NCBI GenBank assembly: GCA_963758295.1
Contig: CAVWUU010000006.1
Location: 97,779 to 161,778, forward strand
Source: Candidatus Eremiobacteria bacterium
GTDB lineage: Bacteria; Vulcanimicrobiota; Vulcanimicrobiia; Vulcanimicrobiales; Vulcanimicrobiaceae
Direction: 5' to 3'
DNA length: 64,000 nucleotides
The notes beneath the pieces are model-generated. The model was given only the letters and a program-made list of their open reading frames with translations. It was not told the DNA's origin and did not search any database. Position 1 is the first letter of the stretch; each line of letters begins with the position of its first letter. The position numbers and the translations under genes are program-made. Positions 38,260 through 49,391 of the stretch are shown piece by piece.

Positions 38260-39577
38260 AGCGAAAGCCTTCGATCTTCGCAGCCGGCACGACAATCGAA
38301 TACGAGTAACCGCCGGTGCGCCGGCGCTCTTTCGAGAACGTCGGTGCGCCCGAGCGCCTCGACGATACTTTGATTGAAGCGCAAATTCTTTACGCCGCCG
38401 GTGATACGTCCGTTTTCGATAAGGAACGTTCCGTCTCGCGTCATTCCGGTAACGATTGCGCGCTTTTGATCGACCGTACGGATGTACCAAAACCGCGTGA
38501 CGAGCAAGCCGCGCGTCGTCTGCGCGATCAGATCGTCCGTCGAAATCGCGCCCGGCTCTACGACGACATTTAACGCATGAGGGCCAAAGGCATTCGGCGC
38601 AGGTAGCGCATGGCCCGTATTTTCACGCCCGAGCTTCTTCGCGTAGTAGCTGTCCGTAACGATGTTCCGCACGACGCCGCGGTCGACCAGCAGAACGCGT
38701 TCTTTCGGTTGAGCTTCATAATCGAACGGCATGCCGGGCGCCAGTTCGTTAGAATAATCGTCGACGATCGTTACGCTTCTCGAAAAGAACTTCTCGTCCA
38801 GCTTTCCACTAAAGAACGACGAGCCTTCATCGAAATTCTGTGCGGAGAAGTGTCCCATAACGTAGGTAAGCAATTCGCCGAACGCGGCCGGTTCCAAAAT
38901 GACCGTCCACTCGCCGGGATCGACGCTTCGAGGCTTGGCGCTCGCGCGCGCCTTCTCGCCGGCACGCGCGCCAATGCGAGTGCCGTTTAGCTCGGAGCTG
39001 TCATTCACGTACCGCTCGGCGAAACCGCTCGAGTCGTCGCCAATCACTTTGACGTTCGCGCCCGGAGTCCGTGCCGTCGAAAGATGCGAACGCTCCCGAC
39101 GTGTTCCCGATCGTAACGCCGGTCGTTTCCGTTGCGACGTAGCCGGAACACCAATAGCCCAGGCGTTCAACCTCGGAGAGGATGGCGCCGGCGGTATCTG
39201 CGCGAGCGAATGGGTCTGCGTGCGCGGTGGTTGCAACGTAGGCGCCTTCGGGCGCTTTAGCAATGCGTTCGCCGTCCGGCAGCTTCGGTTGCAGCGGGTC
39301 GGCCGGCGCGAACGCCGCCATGTCGACGGCACGTTGAACGACCGCGTCGAGCGACTCTTCATCGAAGCGATTGGTCGATGCCACACCCGTGCGATTGCCG
39401 ACGATGGCGCGAACCGACAACGTACGATTCGGTCTCGGCGACGTTTTGATTGGAGACGCCTTTGCGCAAAGCGCGTGAGGCGCGCTGTCGCTCGTGCTTA
39501 TGACGCACTTCGGTTTGATCGGCGCTCGAGCGCGCCAGCGTATCGCGCGCGAGAGCTTCGCGTTCCGCTTTAACCAC
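38237..39577 (-). CDS. TldE/PmbA family protein, frameshifted
   Basis: PFDYEAQPK, NTGHA, GLLVTRFWY, TGMTRDGTFLIENG; lacks HE..GH. Confidence 0.88.
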
Positions 39578-41023
39578 CGTAGCCTACTCCGACCGTCACA
39601 TTACGAAAACGTGCAGGCGACGCTGCCTGGGTGGTACGTCCGGTCTGCATCGGCTCGCCTTTCCCGCAATTCGGCGTTCCCCAAGGAACCCACGAGCGTC
39701 TCGTCTGCAATCGCGTCGCAGGCGTTCCAAAATTTCGGCGTCATGCCGGCATACGTCGGGTTCTTTAGCATGCGGCCGCGCTTGCCGTTTTTGATTTCCC
39801 ATCCGATTTGGCAACCGAACTGAAAGTTCAAGCGCCGATCGTCGATGGACCACGAGCGATTGCTCTCCATGTACACGCCGTCCTTGACGCCGTCAAAGAG
39901 CCCTTCGAACGGCACGTTTCCCGGCAACAGATTCAAGTTGCACATCCGGATCATCGGAACGAACTCCCAGCTCTGCGCGCGCACGCAGCCATTGCTCGCG
40001 CGGCCGATGGTGCGCGCCGTGTCGTTGCTCATTTCGTAACCGACCAGCACGCCGTCGCGAACGATATCGCGAACCGTGCGACTTGGTCCCCTCGTCATCG
40101 TATCCGCACGTGGCCATACCGTACGGCAGCGTATTATCAATTTGGATCGTTACGATATCGGATCCGTACTTCAACTCGTTCAACTGCCCGATTTCGAGGA
40201 AGCTCGTGCCGGAGAAGTTTGCTTCCCATCCCATCACGCGGTCGAGTTCTGCCGGGTGTCCACACGATTCGTGAATTTGCAGCGAAACTTGCGAACCGCC
40301 GAGCACGATGTCGAACGTTCCGCTCGGACATTGCGGCGCGGTTAGAAGTGCGGCGGCTTCTTCGCCGATTCGTGCTGCGCTCTCGAGAAGCGCCGCTTCT
40401 TCGACGATTTCCCAACCGCCCGATTTGTAGAGGCCTATGTCGCCGGGATACGTACGCGTTTGAACGTCGCCGTCGCCGACCGCCATGGCTTGCACGCCGC
40501 TGCCGGTTTGCACGATTTCCTGTTCGATGCGCGAGCCGATCGTGCTATAGAAGATTTTTTTCGTGCGCCAGAGGTCGATCCACGCGCGGGCGACCGCTAT
40601 CGAGGGGGCCGCATGCGCGCGTTTTTCGGCGTCCAACAACAGCGCCACGCGTTCGCCGAGCGGCACCGTCGCCGGGTCGCGGAGCACCGTCGTCGCAAAT
40701 CGATCTTTGTACGCGTGTTCCGGCGGCTCGCCGACCCGACGCCGCGCGATGGCGGCGCTGGCGCGCGCAATCGTTACCGCGTTTCCAGCCGCGCGGTCGA
40801 CGCCGGCCTGTGAAATGTCGCTGCTGGCGGCAAAACCCCAAGCACCGTCGACAAGCGCGCGAATGCCGTAGCCGTCGCTGACGGCATCCGAGAGCGACGT
40901 TACGACGCCGTTGCGAACTTCGATACGTTCGGTTCGGACGTTCTCGTAGCGAACGTCGGCATACGCTGCGCCCCGCGCAGTCGCCGTATCAAGCGCACGC
41001 GCGGCAAGCGAGTCGAACTCCAT
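39570..41023 (-). CDS. tldD: TldD family metalloprotease, frameshifted
   Basis: GIRALVDGAWGFA, IHESCGH, YDDEG, RMCN, CGKG.P. Confidence 0.92.
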
Positions 41024-41032
41024 GCCGCGCTG

Positions 41033-41057
41033 TACTCCCAAGCGCTAGGGCGATCCC
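41033..41057 (-). promoter_or_regulatory. Putative sigma-H-like promoter GGGA-N18-GTA, 9 nt before the tldD ATG
   Basis: Read directly; spacing shared with other instances. Confidence 0.4.
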
Positions 41058-43153
41058 GCTACGACCGCGCGAACGTTCTTGATGACGATCGATCCCGTCG
41101 CCGGCGTTACGCCGTTTGCGCCGATGACGTAGATCGCCGATAGGCGCGCCGGCTCCGCGAGATTTTGCGGCAACTTTGCAACGGCATGGCGCCAGCCCGG
41201 ACGGTTCAGCGTCAACGCCGTCGCCAAAATCTGCTCGTTGATCGCGTTGCGCACAGCCACTCGAACCCGCGCGCCCGACCCGTCGTCCTGAATGTCGAAA
41301 GCGATGGCCAGCGTCCCGCGCGGCAAGCTGAGCTCGGACGCGGCATACGCGGCGCGCTCCCCGGGCCCAAGCTGATATTGCAACGTTGCCGCGCCGGCGG
41401 TCTTCGTCACGCTTCCCGGACCGCCGGCGGGCACGCTCATGAAGCGCGCTCCGTCGACGAAGGGCAGCGCGACCTCGTGGCTGCCGACCGTTACGACGGT
41501 TTTCGCGGAGGTATCGCCAACGGCAACGGCCACTTGCGCGTTGCGAGCCGTTGCGGCAAACTCACCGCTCTCCGAAATGCGCCCGCCGTCCGTGCTCCAG
41601 CGCAACGACGCGGGCAATGCAATCGGAAAGCCGCTGCGGTCGAAAGCACGCGCCGAGAGCTTCAAACGGCCGCCAATGGGAACGTTCGGCCTTTCCGGAA
41701 CGATCGCGATGCGGGCCGGCGTCTCGTAGACGTTTAGCGGAACGCGCCCCCGAACGGGGCCGCTGCGCAGCAGCAGCGCTCCGGTGCCGGCGCGGCGAGC
41801 TGTGAAAATGCCGTTTTCGAAATCACCCAGCGACGCTGGTTCAACCGATGCGGCGAGCGTGCCCGGCATGGCTACGGCGTGGTCGTTGGCGTCGATCGCC
41901 GAAATCTCCAAAGGGACGGACGTCCCCGCGAGCGCGCGGACCGTTCCGGGTCGCGCCACGACGGCGTCCGGCGGCCCGGAAGCTGCATCGGAGTAGACGA
42001 AGATGCCGTCCCCTACCGGACGCTCGCGGCCATCCGACGGCAGGTTTTGTAATGACGCGCCCGGCGCTCCCAAATCGCGCGCTACGAGTTCGGACGAACC
42101 GCCGCCGTCGAACGCCAGTCCCTGATCCGCCCCCAGGGCTCGCATCAAGGCGGCGAATTCCGGACGCGTGACCCCGACGCTGTATGCCGGTTGGCGTCCG
42201 TCTACTTCGATCAAGAACAGCGTTCCATCGGGCCCGATGGCCGCGCCGCTCGAGGGAATTCGCATCGCGTATTCACCGCCGCTCGGGCCGTCGGCATCGT
42301 CGAACCATTGGCCGTGCTCCAAGATCATCGGGCCGCCGCCGACCGCCGCGGTAATGCGCCCGGCTTCAAAGGGCGCGAGGTCGCCCGAAACGGCGAGAAC
42401 ATCGCCCGGATCCGGGACGCCGGCGTTTCCGTACGCGTTGATTCCGATAGCGAGGTAATATCCCGGCGGCTGGCGGTTCAAATTGTCGGCTACGGCGTTC
42501 ACGCGATACGTTGCAAACGGCGGTGTCCCACTCGTGGGCGCGATCGCGACCAGCGTTAGATCGTCGGACGGCGGCACCCAGCCGAATTCCGGCGTCAAAA
42601 GCGAGATGCCGCCATTTGGAGGCGGCATCTCGTTTACGCCGTCGAGTGAAAGGGTTCGATCGCCGAGTTTAACCTGGCCTTCGAAGCGGCTCTCGACGAT
42701 ATGAGGAAGTCCGTTCTTGTCGATGGCGAGCGAGTATCGTTTGCGCGGCGTTTGCAATAACCGTCCCGCATGGACCACGACGTTCGTCGGCCGATTCGTG
42801 TTTCCGATGTCGAAGTAATCGGCGTTGATTCCCGCAACGGCGCCCGTGCGGTGAGCCATGGAAGAAACCGTTTCGCCGGACGACGTCAACGCGTCGTTGG
42901 CAAGGACGCTATCGATGCGGACGTCGTCTCGATTGGGTGAAACGGCAATCGCGTGCACGACGATGGGACCGCCTTGTGTGACGAGATCGTACTCGCCTTG
43001 AACCACGCCGGGAGCCACCGTTTCTATAGTTGGTGCTTGGATCGTAATGCGTGGAAAGGGCGGCGCGGGATCTAATCTCGCCGGGAGTCCCGCCGCAAGA
43101 GCGCATTGGGCGCATAAACAAAGCAGCAGCGAGCAGAAGAAGACGAGTCTCAT
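41045..43153 (-). CDS. Secreted phosphodiester glycosidase (NAGPA-like) family protein with C-terminal Ig-like domains
   Basis: Signal peptide, AGINADYF, VGGGP, VDGRQ, FDGGGSS. Confidence 0.85.
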   Translation of the reverse strand: MRLVFFCSLLLCLCAQCALAAGLPARLDPAPPFPRITIQAPTIETVAPGVVQGEYDLVTQGGPIVVHAIAVSPNRDDVRIDSVLANDALTSSGETVSSMAHRTGAVAGINADYFDIGNTNRPTNVVVHAGRLLQTPRKRYSLAIDKNGLPHIVESRFEGQVKLGDRTLSLDGVNEMPPPNGGISLLTPEFGWVPPSDDLTLVAIAPTSGTPPFATYRVNAVADNLNRQPPGYYLAIGINAYGNAGVPDPGDVLAVSGDLAPFEAGRITAAVGGGPMILEHGQWFDDADGPSGGEYAMRIPSSGAAIGPDGTLFLIEVDGRQPAYSVGVTRPEFAALMRALGADQGLAFDGGGSSELVARDLGAPGASLQNLPSDGRERPVGDGIFVYSDAASGPPDAVVARPGTVRALAGTSVPLEISAIDANDHAVAMPGTLAASVEPASLGDFENGIFTARRAGTGALLLRSGPVRGRVPLNVYETPARIAIVPERPNVPIGGRLKLSARAFDRSGFPIALPASLRWSTDGGRISESGEFAATARNAQVAVAVGDTSAKTVVTVGSHEVALPFVDGARFMSVPAGGPGSVTKTAGAATLQYQLGPGERAAYAASELSLPRGTLAIAFDIQDDGSGARVRVAVRNAINEQILATALTLNRPGWRHAVAKLPQNLAEPARLSAIYVIGANGVTPATGSIVIKNVRAVVAGSP

Positions 43154-43160
43154 CGAGGCC

Positions 43161-44429
43161 TTAACGTACGACGGATGCTGCCGGGTGCCATACCGCGACG
43201 GCAAGCGGATACCCGCCCGTCGCAAACGGCGCACCGGGTATTCGCCGCAAGGTTCGCGTATCGAACGCGTCAATGCGATCGGCTTGCGCACAGGGCACGT
43301 AGAGCGTGGAGGTCCGTGCATCGATCGCCGGTTTCCACGGCGTGCGGCAAGTCTGCAGCGGCGCGTGCAGCGGTTTCAGCGTTGCGGTATCAAGCACGTC
43401 GATCGCGTTGTCGTGCTCGTCCGTAACGAAAAGCCTATGGTGAGGTTCGTCGAGTGCAACCCCAATCGGAAATGCCAAGTGGGCGCTTCGCCGGATGACG
43501 CGTGGCCGGTTCGCGCCGACGTCGAGCGTGACGACGCCGCCCGCCGCTGCGAAGGGCGAAGAAAAACTTTGGTTCGAAACGGCGTAAAGGCGGGTTCCGT
43601 CAGCAGAGAGCGCGAGCGAAAAAACGCGGTCAACGGCGTGAAAGCGTTGCTCTTCGTTCATGGTGCGCTCGTCGACCACGGAAACCGTACCGTCATTCGT
43701 GTTGGCGACGTACACGCGGCTGCGCTGTTGGTCGATGGCAATACCTTCACTGGTTTCCCCGAGCAGCTTGCGCGATACGGTTCCATCCGGTGATACCCGC
43801 GTTATCGCGCCGCTGCCGTTGATGTCACGATTCGTCGCGAACAGTTGGTGCGTGCGCCGGTCAAATTCGAGTTCGTCGGTGAGCGGCACGCCGGCAATCG
43901 ATGCAACGTTCCACGGCTGCATTCCGGCGAGTGTTAGGGAGTCTCCAGCGGTGTCTGCGGCCGCGAGTCTTGCATTGCCGTCGATCGCTACGTCGGCGGG
44001 CGCTCCGCCGATGCCGAGCACGGCTTCCGCGCGAAACGGCGCTTGCGCTTCGTGCAGAATCACGCCTGTGTCGTAAGAGGCGACGGCGATGAACGATTGG
44101 TCAGGTCGCGGCGGTTCGGCGATCTCGAACCGGTGAACGCCGAGCGCTGCTTGGGTGGACGCGATGACGGTGGCACTTCTGCCCGTAGGATTTTTGGCGA
44201 TTCGCAACATCGCGTCGTGCACGCTTGCGTCGCCGAGCACGTCGAAAGAGAACGGCAATTGCGCTCCGTCGATTTGCAACGGAATTGCGCTGCCCGGTAG
44301 ATAGGGCAAGGAACTCGCGATAATGCGCGCGCCCGCGAGCACTTCCAGATTTGAGTGCGGCGATGCGCCGAGCAGCGCGCACGCTAGTGCGCCCGCACAC
44401 GCGGCGGTGCGAAGAACGCGAAAAGTCAA
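43161..44429 (-). CDS. YncE/YVTN-type beta-propeller secreted protein
   Basis: RVYVANTNDGTVSVVD and RLFVTD..NAIDVLD repeats; TTG start overlapping the upstream TGA. Confidence 0.82.
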   Translation of the reverse strand: MTFRVLRTAACAGALACALLGASPHSNLEVLAGARIIASSLPYLPGSAIPLQIDGAQLPFSFDVLGDASVHDAMLRIAKNPTGRSATVIASTQAALGVHRFEIAEPPRPDQSFIAVASYDTGVILHEAQAPFRAEAVLGIGGAPADVAIDGNARLAAADTAGDSLTLAGMQPWNVASIAGVPLTDELEFDRRTHQLFATNRDINGSGAITRVSPDGTVSRKLLGETSEGIAIDQQRSRVYVANTNDGTVSVVDERTMNEEQRFHAVDRVFSLALSADGTRLYAVSNQSFSSPFAAAGGVVTLDVGANRPRVIRRSAHLAFPIGVALDEPHHRLFVTDEHDNAIDVLDTATLKPLHAPLQTCRTPWKPAIDARTSTLYVPCAQADRIDAFDTRTLRRIPGAPFATGGYPLAVAVWHPAASVVR

Positions 44430-44998
44430 TGCGCTTGCAAAAGGCCTATCGCCATAAAGACGATGCCGACGGTTGAAAGCCCGCACCCTAGGTAAAGCAT
44501 TACCCGCGTTGCCGAAAGCGCCGAAATCGAAACCAAAACGATGGCGACTTCGAAAAGCGTCGTCGCGATCTCGAGTGTCTCGAAGGATTTGAGGATGGTT
44601 TCCGATCGGTTTTGCTCCTGGGCCGCGTCGTGTTCGAGTCCCTGCGCCCTCGCGAGAATATCGAGCGACGTCGTCTGTTCGTGATTGGCAGTGCTCTGCA
44701 TCTTTTCTACAACCGCTTTATCACGAACGATGCTTGACGATGCTAGCGCGGAGTAAACAGTGAATTTGATGCGTTTGGCTTGGTAGTAATTATATTGATC
44801 CGCCGCTTTGGATTGCAGCAAGATCGCTTCGTTCTTTATCGATAGCGCCGAAATCGACCGGTGATGGGAGAAGAGCGTGCCAAGCGCCGCCAAAACAGCG
44901 ATGATGGCGGCTGCGAGCGGAACGAGCCGGTCGCTCCTCGATCGAAGCTGTTCGTCGCGCTCCTCTGCCTCTCGGAAGGCCCTATGTGCGGTGCTCAC
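44426..44998 (-). CDS. DUF4337-like membrane protein
   Basis: AADQYNYYQAK motif with one N-terminal and two C-terminal TMs. Confidence 0.75.
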   Translation of the reverse strand: MSTAHRAFREAEERDEQLRSRSDRLVPLAAAIIAVLAALGTLFSHHRSISALSIKNEAILLQSKAADQYNYYQAKRIKFTVYSALASSSIVRDKAVVEKMQSTANHEQTTSLDILARAQGLEHDAAQEQNRSETILKSFETLEIATTLFEVAIVLVSISALSATRVMLYLGCGLSTVGIVFMAIGLLQAH

Positions 44999-46293
44999 CG
45001 AGCCGGCACTGCGCCGACGAGGGTGCCGATCCGCTCGATGCCGGCGGCAATATCCGTTCCCGGAGCAACAAGCGTTTCCAGCGTCTTTCGCGCATCGAGC
45101 GCGAAACTCGCGAGCCGATAGTCACCGAACGTTCCGGCGACTAGCACGCCGTCGGGATCGACCGCATACGCGCGCCGCGCGCCTTCATCGAAAACGATGA
45201 CGTACATTCGCAGTTCGAGCGCGCGCGCACGCACGATGGAAGGCAGCCAGCCGTGCGTTTCGCGCGTTCGAAGGATCGCAATGCGTGCTCCCGCAGCGCG
45301 CGCCGCTAGCAAAGTTCCCGGATCGAACGCATCCAATGCCTCAAGCGTAATGACCGGTGCGATAGCGCTTAAAGCCGTGTCTCCCTGCGAGAATTGCGGT
45401 CCGATCGCGAGCTCCGCATCCAACAGGCTCAACCGTTCGTCAATGTCGGCCGGAAGCGGCTCGACGGATATTGCGACGCGCACCGGCCGTATTTTTGCGC
45501 GTTGCGTTACTGCCGGTAGCGGTCGCATCGTGCTGCGGAATGCCGTTCCGGCTCGCAGCTCCACGCTCGCCGAAATCGAGGTTTGGTCTTTCTCGCCGGC
45601 CATTGCAACGACGGTGCCGCTCGCATCTACGATTTGCGATTTGCCGCAATAGGCCACCATGCCCAGTTCGACGCCGCATTTATTAGCTGCAACGAAAGGT
45701 ACGCCGTTCTCGAACGCACGCACGCGCGCAAGCAAGTCGGCTTGGACGTTTTCCAAATTTGCCGGATCGCGCCCGCTCGTGACCCACGCCGTCGGCATGA
45801 CGAGCAACTCGGCGCCCCGATCGACTAGCGCAGCCGCAATTGCCGGCATCCGGCCGTCGGCGCATACGAGGGCGCCGATCGAGCCGATGGAGGTTTCTAC
45901 GGGAGCGATCCGCTCCGCGGGCGAGAACCATTTACGATCGAAGTGCCAGAGAAAGGCTTTGTCTGCCCGGCCTGCAACCGAGCCATCGGAATCGATGACC
46001 ACCGCGCTATTGAACAGATCGCGGCCGTGGCGCACGGCGGCGCCGGCCACGATCGCGCACCGCCGTTGCTGCGCGATTGCGCGCAAAAGCTCGATAGCGG
46101 CGGCAATTTCGGAATCGTCGATTGCCGCATCGCCAAGCACATAGGCCGGAAACGTCGCTTCGGGCAGCACGAGCAGATCGCTGCCGCAAGCGCTCTGGTC
46201 GACGAGGCGGAGTAACGCCTCACGGCGTGCCGCATAGCCTTCGCGGTCGTGCGCCGCCAGCTGCAGCGCGGAAATCCGCAGGGTTTTCGCCAT
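44995..46293 (-). CDS. Carbon-nitrogen hydrolase (nitrilase superfamily) with C-terminal extension
   Basis: Catalytic E (VLPE), K (ADKAFL) and C (VCAD); RAFENG. Confidence 0.88.
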   Translation of the reverse strand: MAKTLRISALQLAAHDREGYAARREALLRLVDQSACGSDLLVLPEATFPAYVLGDAAIDDSEIAAAIELLRAIAQQRRCAIVAGAAVRHGRDLFNSAVVIDSDGSVAGRADKAFLWHFDRKWFSPAERIAPVETSIGSIGALVCADGRMPAIAAALVDRGAELLVMPTAWVTSGRDPANLENVQADLLARVRAFENGVPFVAANKCGVELGMVAYCGKSQIVDASGTVVAMAGEKDQTSISASVELRAGTAFRSTMRPLPAVTQRAKIRPVRVAISVEPLPADIDERLSLLDAELAIGPQFSQGDTALSAIAPVITLEALDAFDPGTLLAARAAGARIAILRTRETHGWLPSIVRARALELRMYVIVFDEGARRAYAVDPDGVLVAGTFGDYRLASFALDARKTLETLVAPGTDIAAGIERIGTLVGAVPAR

Positions 46294-46433
46294 GTTTGCG
46301 CACTTCCGTCGCGACACAATGACACCCCTGCCGCGACGAAATAACACGGGACTAACGCTCACAACGCGAATAGTAACGCCAAAGAGCCGCCGCCGCGGCT
46401 CGTGAGAATGCCAATACGGGAGAAACACCGCAC

Positions 46434-47240
46434 GTGAAACGTACGCTTACGATGCTTTATGCTGCGCTGGCCATCGGCGCAGCCGGCGTCACGGCGCATG
46501 CCGCTACCCCCGCACCGAAAGACGCGACGCCCAAAGACGCCTGCGCATCTAAGCCGAGTGCATGGCAGCGTCTGCAATGCGAAGGATACACGCATTCCGC
46601 CCCGGGAGACGAATATTTCGGGCGGATGAAGCTGAGCTACCTCGGAATCAATAACACGTTTCGGGATGAAGCGATTCGAGCCGGCGCATATACGACCGAC
46701 TCCGGCATTATTTCGAAAGTGAACTTCGCCGACGAAGCGCTGAACCAATGGATGGGAAGATATCCGGGCGATCCGCAACTCGCGCGCAGCTACTATCTTG
46801 CGATTGAAGTGTACAAGCGAATCTACACGCAGGACGCGCAAAATAAAGCTTGGCGTTACATGCAGCTCGAGCTAAAGCAATTCCCGAATTCGTACTTCGG
46901 GAAGATCGTGAAGAAGAACGTTGCCATCGGCTTCACGGAACATTATTTTGCCGATCCGACGATGTGCCCGACGCCGCTGCCTTCCGGCGCACCGCTGCCT
47001 GAAAACACACCGGTCGCGACTGCATCGCCGGTGCCGAAAGCCGGCCAGCCGAAGGTCAATCTAATCACGCCGCCGTGCATCAAGCCTTCACCGGTTCCGA
47101 CCCTTGCGCCGACCGGTTCGCCGTCGCCGGGAGCGATCGTATCGCCCGCACCGACCACGGTGCCGTCGTCCGCAACGCCGTCACCGTCGGCGTCACCGGC
47201 TCCGGCACCGTCTCCATCGCCGTCGTCCACTCCGCACTAA
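46434..47240 (+). CDS. Secreted helical protein with Pro/Ser/Thr tail
   Basis: Signal peptide, APGDEYFGRMKLSYLGINN, GGGAG SD. Confidence 0.8.
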   Translation: MKRTLTMLYAALAIGAAGVTAHAATPAPKDATPKDACASKPSAWQRLQCEGYTHSAPGDEYFGRMKLSYLGINNTFRDEAIRAGAYTTDSGIISKVNFADEALNQWMGRYPGDPQLARSYYLAIEVYKRIYTQDAQNKAWRYMQLELKQFPNSYFGKIVKKNVAIGFTEHYFADPTMCPTPLPSGAPLPENTPVATASPVPKAGQPKVNLITPPCIKPSPVPTLAPTGSPSPGAIVSPAPTTVPSSATPSPSASPAPAPSPSPSSTPH

Positions 47241-47254
47241 GGGACACGACGAGG

Positions 47255-47300
47255 CAAAAGAAAAAGGGCCCCGGCCGAAGCCGGAGCCCTTTTCTTTTTG
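47255..47300. terminator. Bidirectional intrinsic terminator
   Basis: A-tract, GGGCCCCGGC-CGAA-GCCGGAGCCC, T-tract, between convergent genes. Confidence 0.85.
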
Positions 47301-47312
47301 CGCTAGCGCGAA

Positions 47313-48634
47313 CTAGAACTTGATGCCGAGGCCGACGTACGGTCCGAAATTCGAACCATCTGCCGGAGCATTCGTCTTGTTCTTGTAGCTCTCGCCCAGG
47401 ACGCCGGCATCGATGAAGAGCGGGCTGTTCTGGAACGAGTAGGTGAGACCGAACTGGGCCTTCAGGATGTTGTAGGCCAGCTGGTAGCCGATGCCCGTAC
47501 CCGGATCCGTGAAGTTACCCTTCGCGTTTCCGTAGTAGTAGACACTGCCGTACACCGAGAACGGGATGTCGAGATCCGGGAGCTTCTCGAGGCCGAAACC
47601 GACTGCCGAGATCTTCGGATATCCCGCGTTGTTTTGCTTCCAGATGTAACCGACGCCGATGTAGATGCGCGGGTTCAGAACCTTGAGGCCCAAGCGTGCA
47701 TCGAAGTCGTAGCTACGAACCTGGAATTCCGGAACGAAGGTTTGTCCCGTCTGACCGATCGTCGTGACGAGACACGACGCATCGCCGGCACCCGTGCAGT
47801 TGTGCGGGTAGTTGATCTGGCGATAGTCGCCCTCGAGCATCCACGGCAGATTCAAGAGGTTGAACTCGGCGCCACCACGGATGCCGAACGAGAACCCATT
47901 CTGCGTGTTGCTGGAGGTCGTTCCGGGGTTGAACTCGTCGTACACCTTCGGCGAAATGATGTAGTCGCCGACGATGAACTTGTCCTTATATTCCGGCGAT
48001 GCGGTCGGCGCCGGGGTCGGCGTCGGAGCAACGGTCGGAGTTTCCGTCGGCGCCGGGGTCGGCGACGGCGGCGGGGTCGGCGGCAAGTAACGCACGACAA
48101 CGACTTGTTTGTCGGGTACCCACTGCACGTAGGCTCCCATGCCTTCCGAAATCACGCGGACCGGAACGAGCACGTGGCCTTGATACATCATTGGCGGAAC
48201 GTCCAGCGGACGCGATTCGCCGTTGATGACTACTTCCGGCTTTCCAACCGTCACTTTGACGTCGGCGCCGGGTTTGCTAACGTCCACCGTCTTGCCGGCC
48301 GCGTCGTACGAAACGGTCGCGCCCATTTGCTCGAACATCGAACGAAGCGGAATCAAAACCGTACCGCCGCGCACGAGCGCTGCGAGCACGCGACCCTGCT
48401 TCAGGACGTCGGGCTTGGCATAGACATGGTGGTCGTTGAAGAGAATCGGGATCTGCCCCGACGGCGGGGAACCGAAGTTCGCCGGCGGAGCCGCAGCCGC
48501 GCCACCTGCCGCTTGCGCAATCGCGTTGGTTCCGATGTTTCCATGCGAAGCGGTAGCGGACGGGCTAGCAACGGCATTGAGTCCGAGACCGCTGCAAATG
48601 CTGCGGCCAGGACTCCGGTGCTCAGTCGCTTCAA
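47313..48634 (-). CDS. Copper-amine-oxidase-N ('stalk') domain plus Pro/Thr linker plus probable outer-membrane beta-barrel; 5' end frameshifted
   Basis: LIPLRSMFEQMGATVSYD and VPVRVISEGMGA..W motifs; alternating beta pattern ending YVGLGIKF; AGGAGG SD before TTG 48634. Confidence 0.78.
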
Positions 48635-48829
48635 TGTTTCCTCCTAGTTAGTATGAGATCTCAGCTTGTCCTGAAGAGCAGTACTACTGCGTTTTTGGCC
48701 GCAACTCAGCCACTCGGGCGTAAGAGCATAAGGCCCCCCAAGACATTCCTTCTTAATCTTCTTCGGGGGCACGATTGCCCCCCCTGCAGTGAGACCCGGT
48801 TACGATCGAAGGTTTCTTTTACCGTAGCC

Positions 48830-49225
48830 TTACGTTAGCTTTTCTTCAAGCTTCGCGAGGAATTTTGACTTATCGATCAGATACCGCTCGTGCGTTCCTT
48901 CGGCGACGGCTTCTTGTTCGTCGAAGACCTGGACCGCAAAACTGACACGAGGACCGTCGACCATCACGATCTCAACCTCGGTGCGGACGATAAACCCCAC
49001 GGGCACGGGCTTGTGATGTTCCAGATCGACATGGGTTCCCAGCGACACCGTCCCCTGCGCCAGCATCGGTTCAATGCAGTGAATCGCTGCGTTTTCGACG
49101 AGTTGGACCAGCATGGACGTAGAGAGGACGTCTACTCCCTTATTGCCCGCTTTTTCGGCGGTCATCCACTCTTCGACGCGCGTCTGAAGGCTGTAAGAGC
49201 GGCCAATATCCAGTTTCGCGCTCAT
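48830..49225 (-). CDS. FlK-like (fluoroacetyl-CoA thioesterase family) hot-dog thioesterase
   Basis: VLST..L..E.AA, SLGTHVDLEH..P.PVG, EGTHER. Confidence 0.85.
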   Translation of the reverse strand: MSAKLDIGRSYSLQTRVEEWMTAEKAGNKGVDVLSTSMLVQLVENAAIHCIEPMLAQGTVSLGTHVDLEHHKPVPVGFIVRTEVEIVMVDGPRVSFAVQVFDEQEAVAEGTHERYLIDKSKFLAKLEEKLT

Positions 49226-49391
49226 GCGGGGGGAGAATACGACGGAAAGGCCCGTCGGTCCGCTCAAGAGGGGTGAACCAAAAGTCGGATCAGCCGGTTA
49301 TCAGCATTAGCAGGTAGCTAAGTGAATCAAAATGATCCCGACCGCAGTATATGAGAACGACAGCGACGGTCGAAAGCTAAGTAGGAGAATC

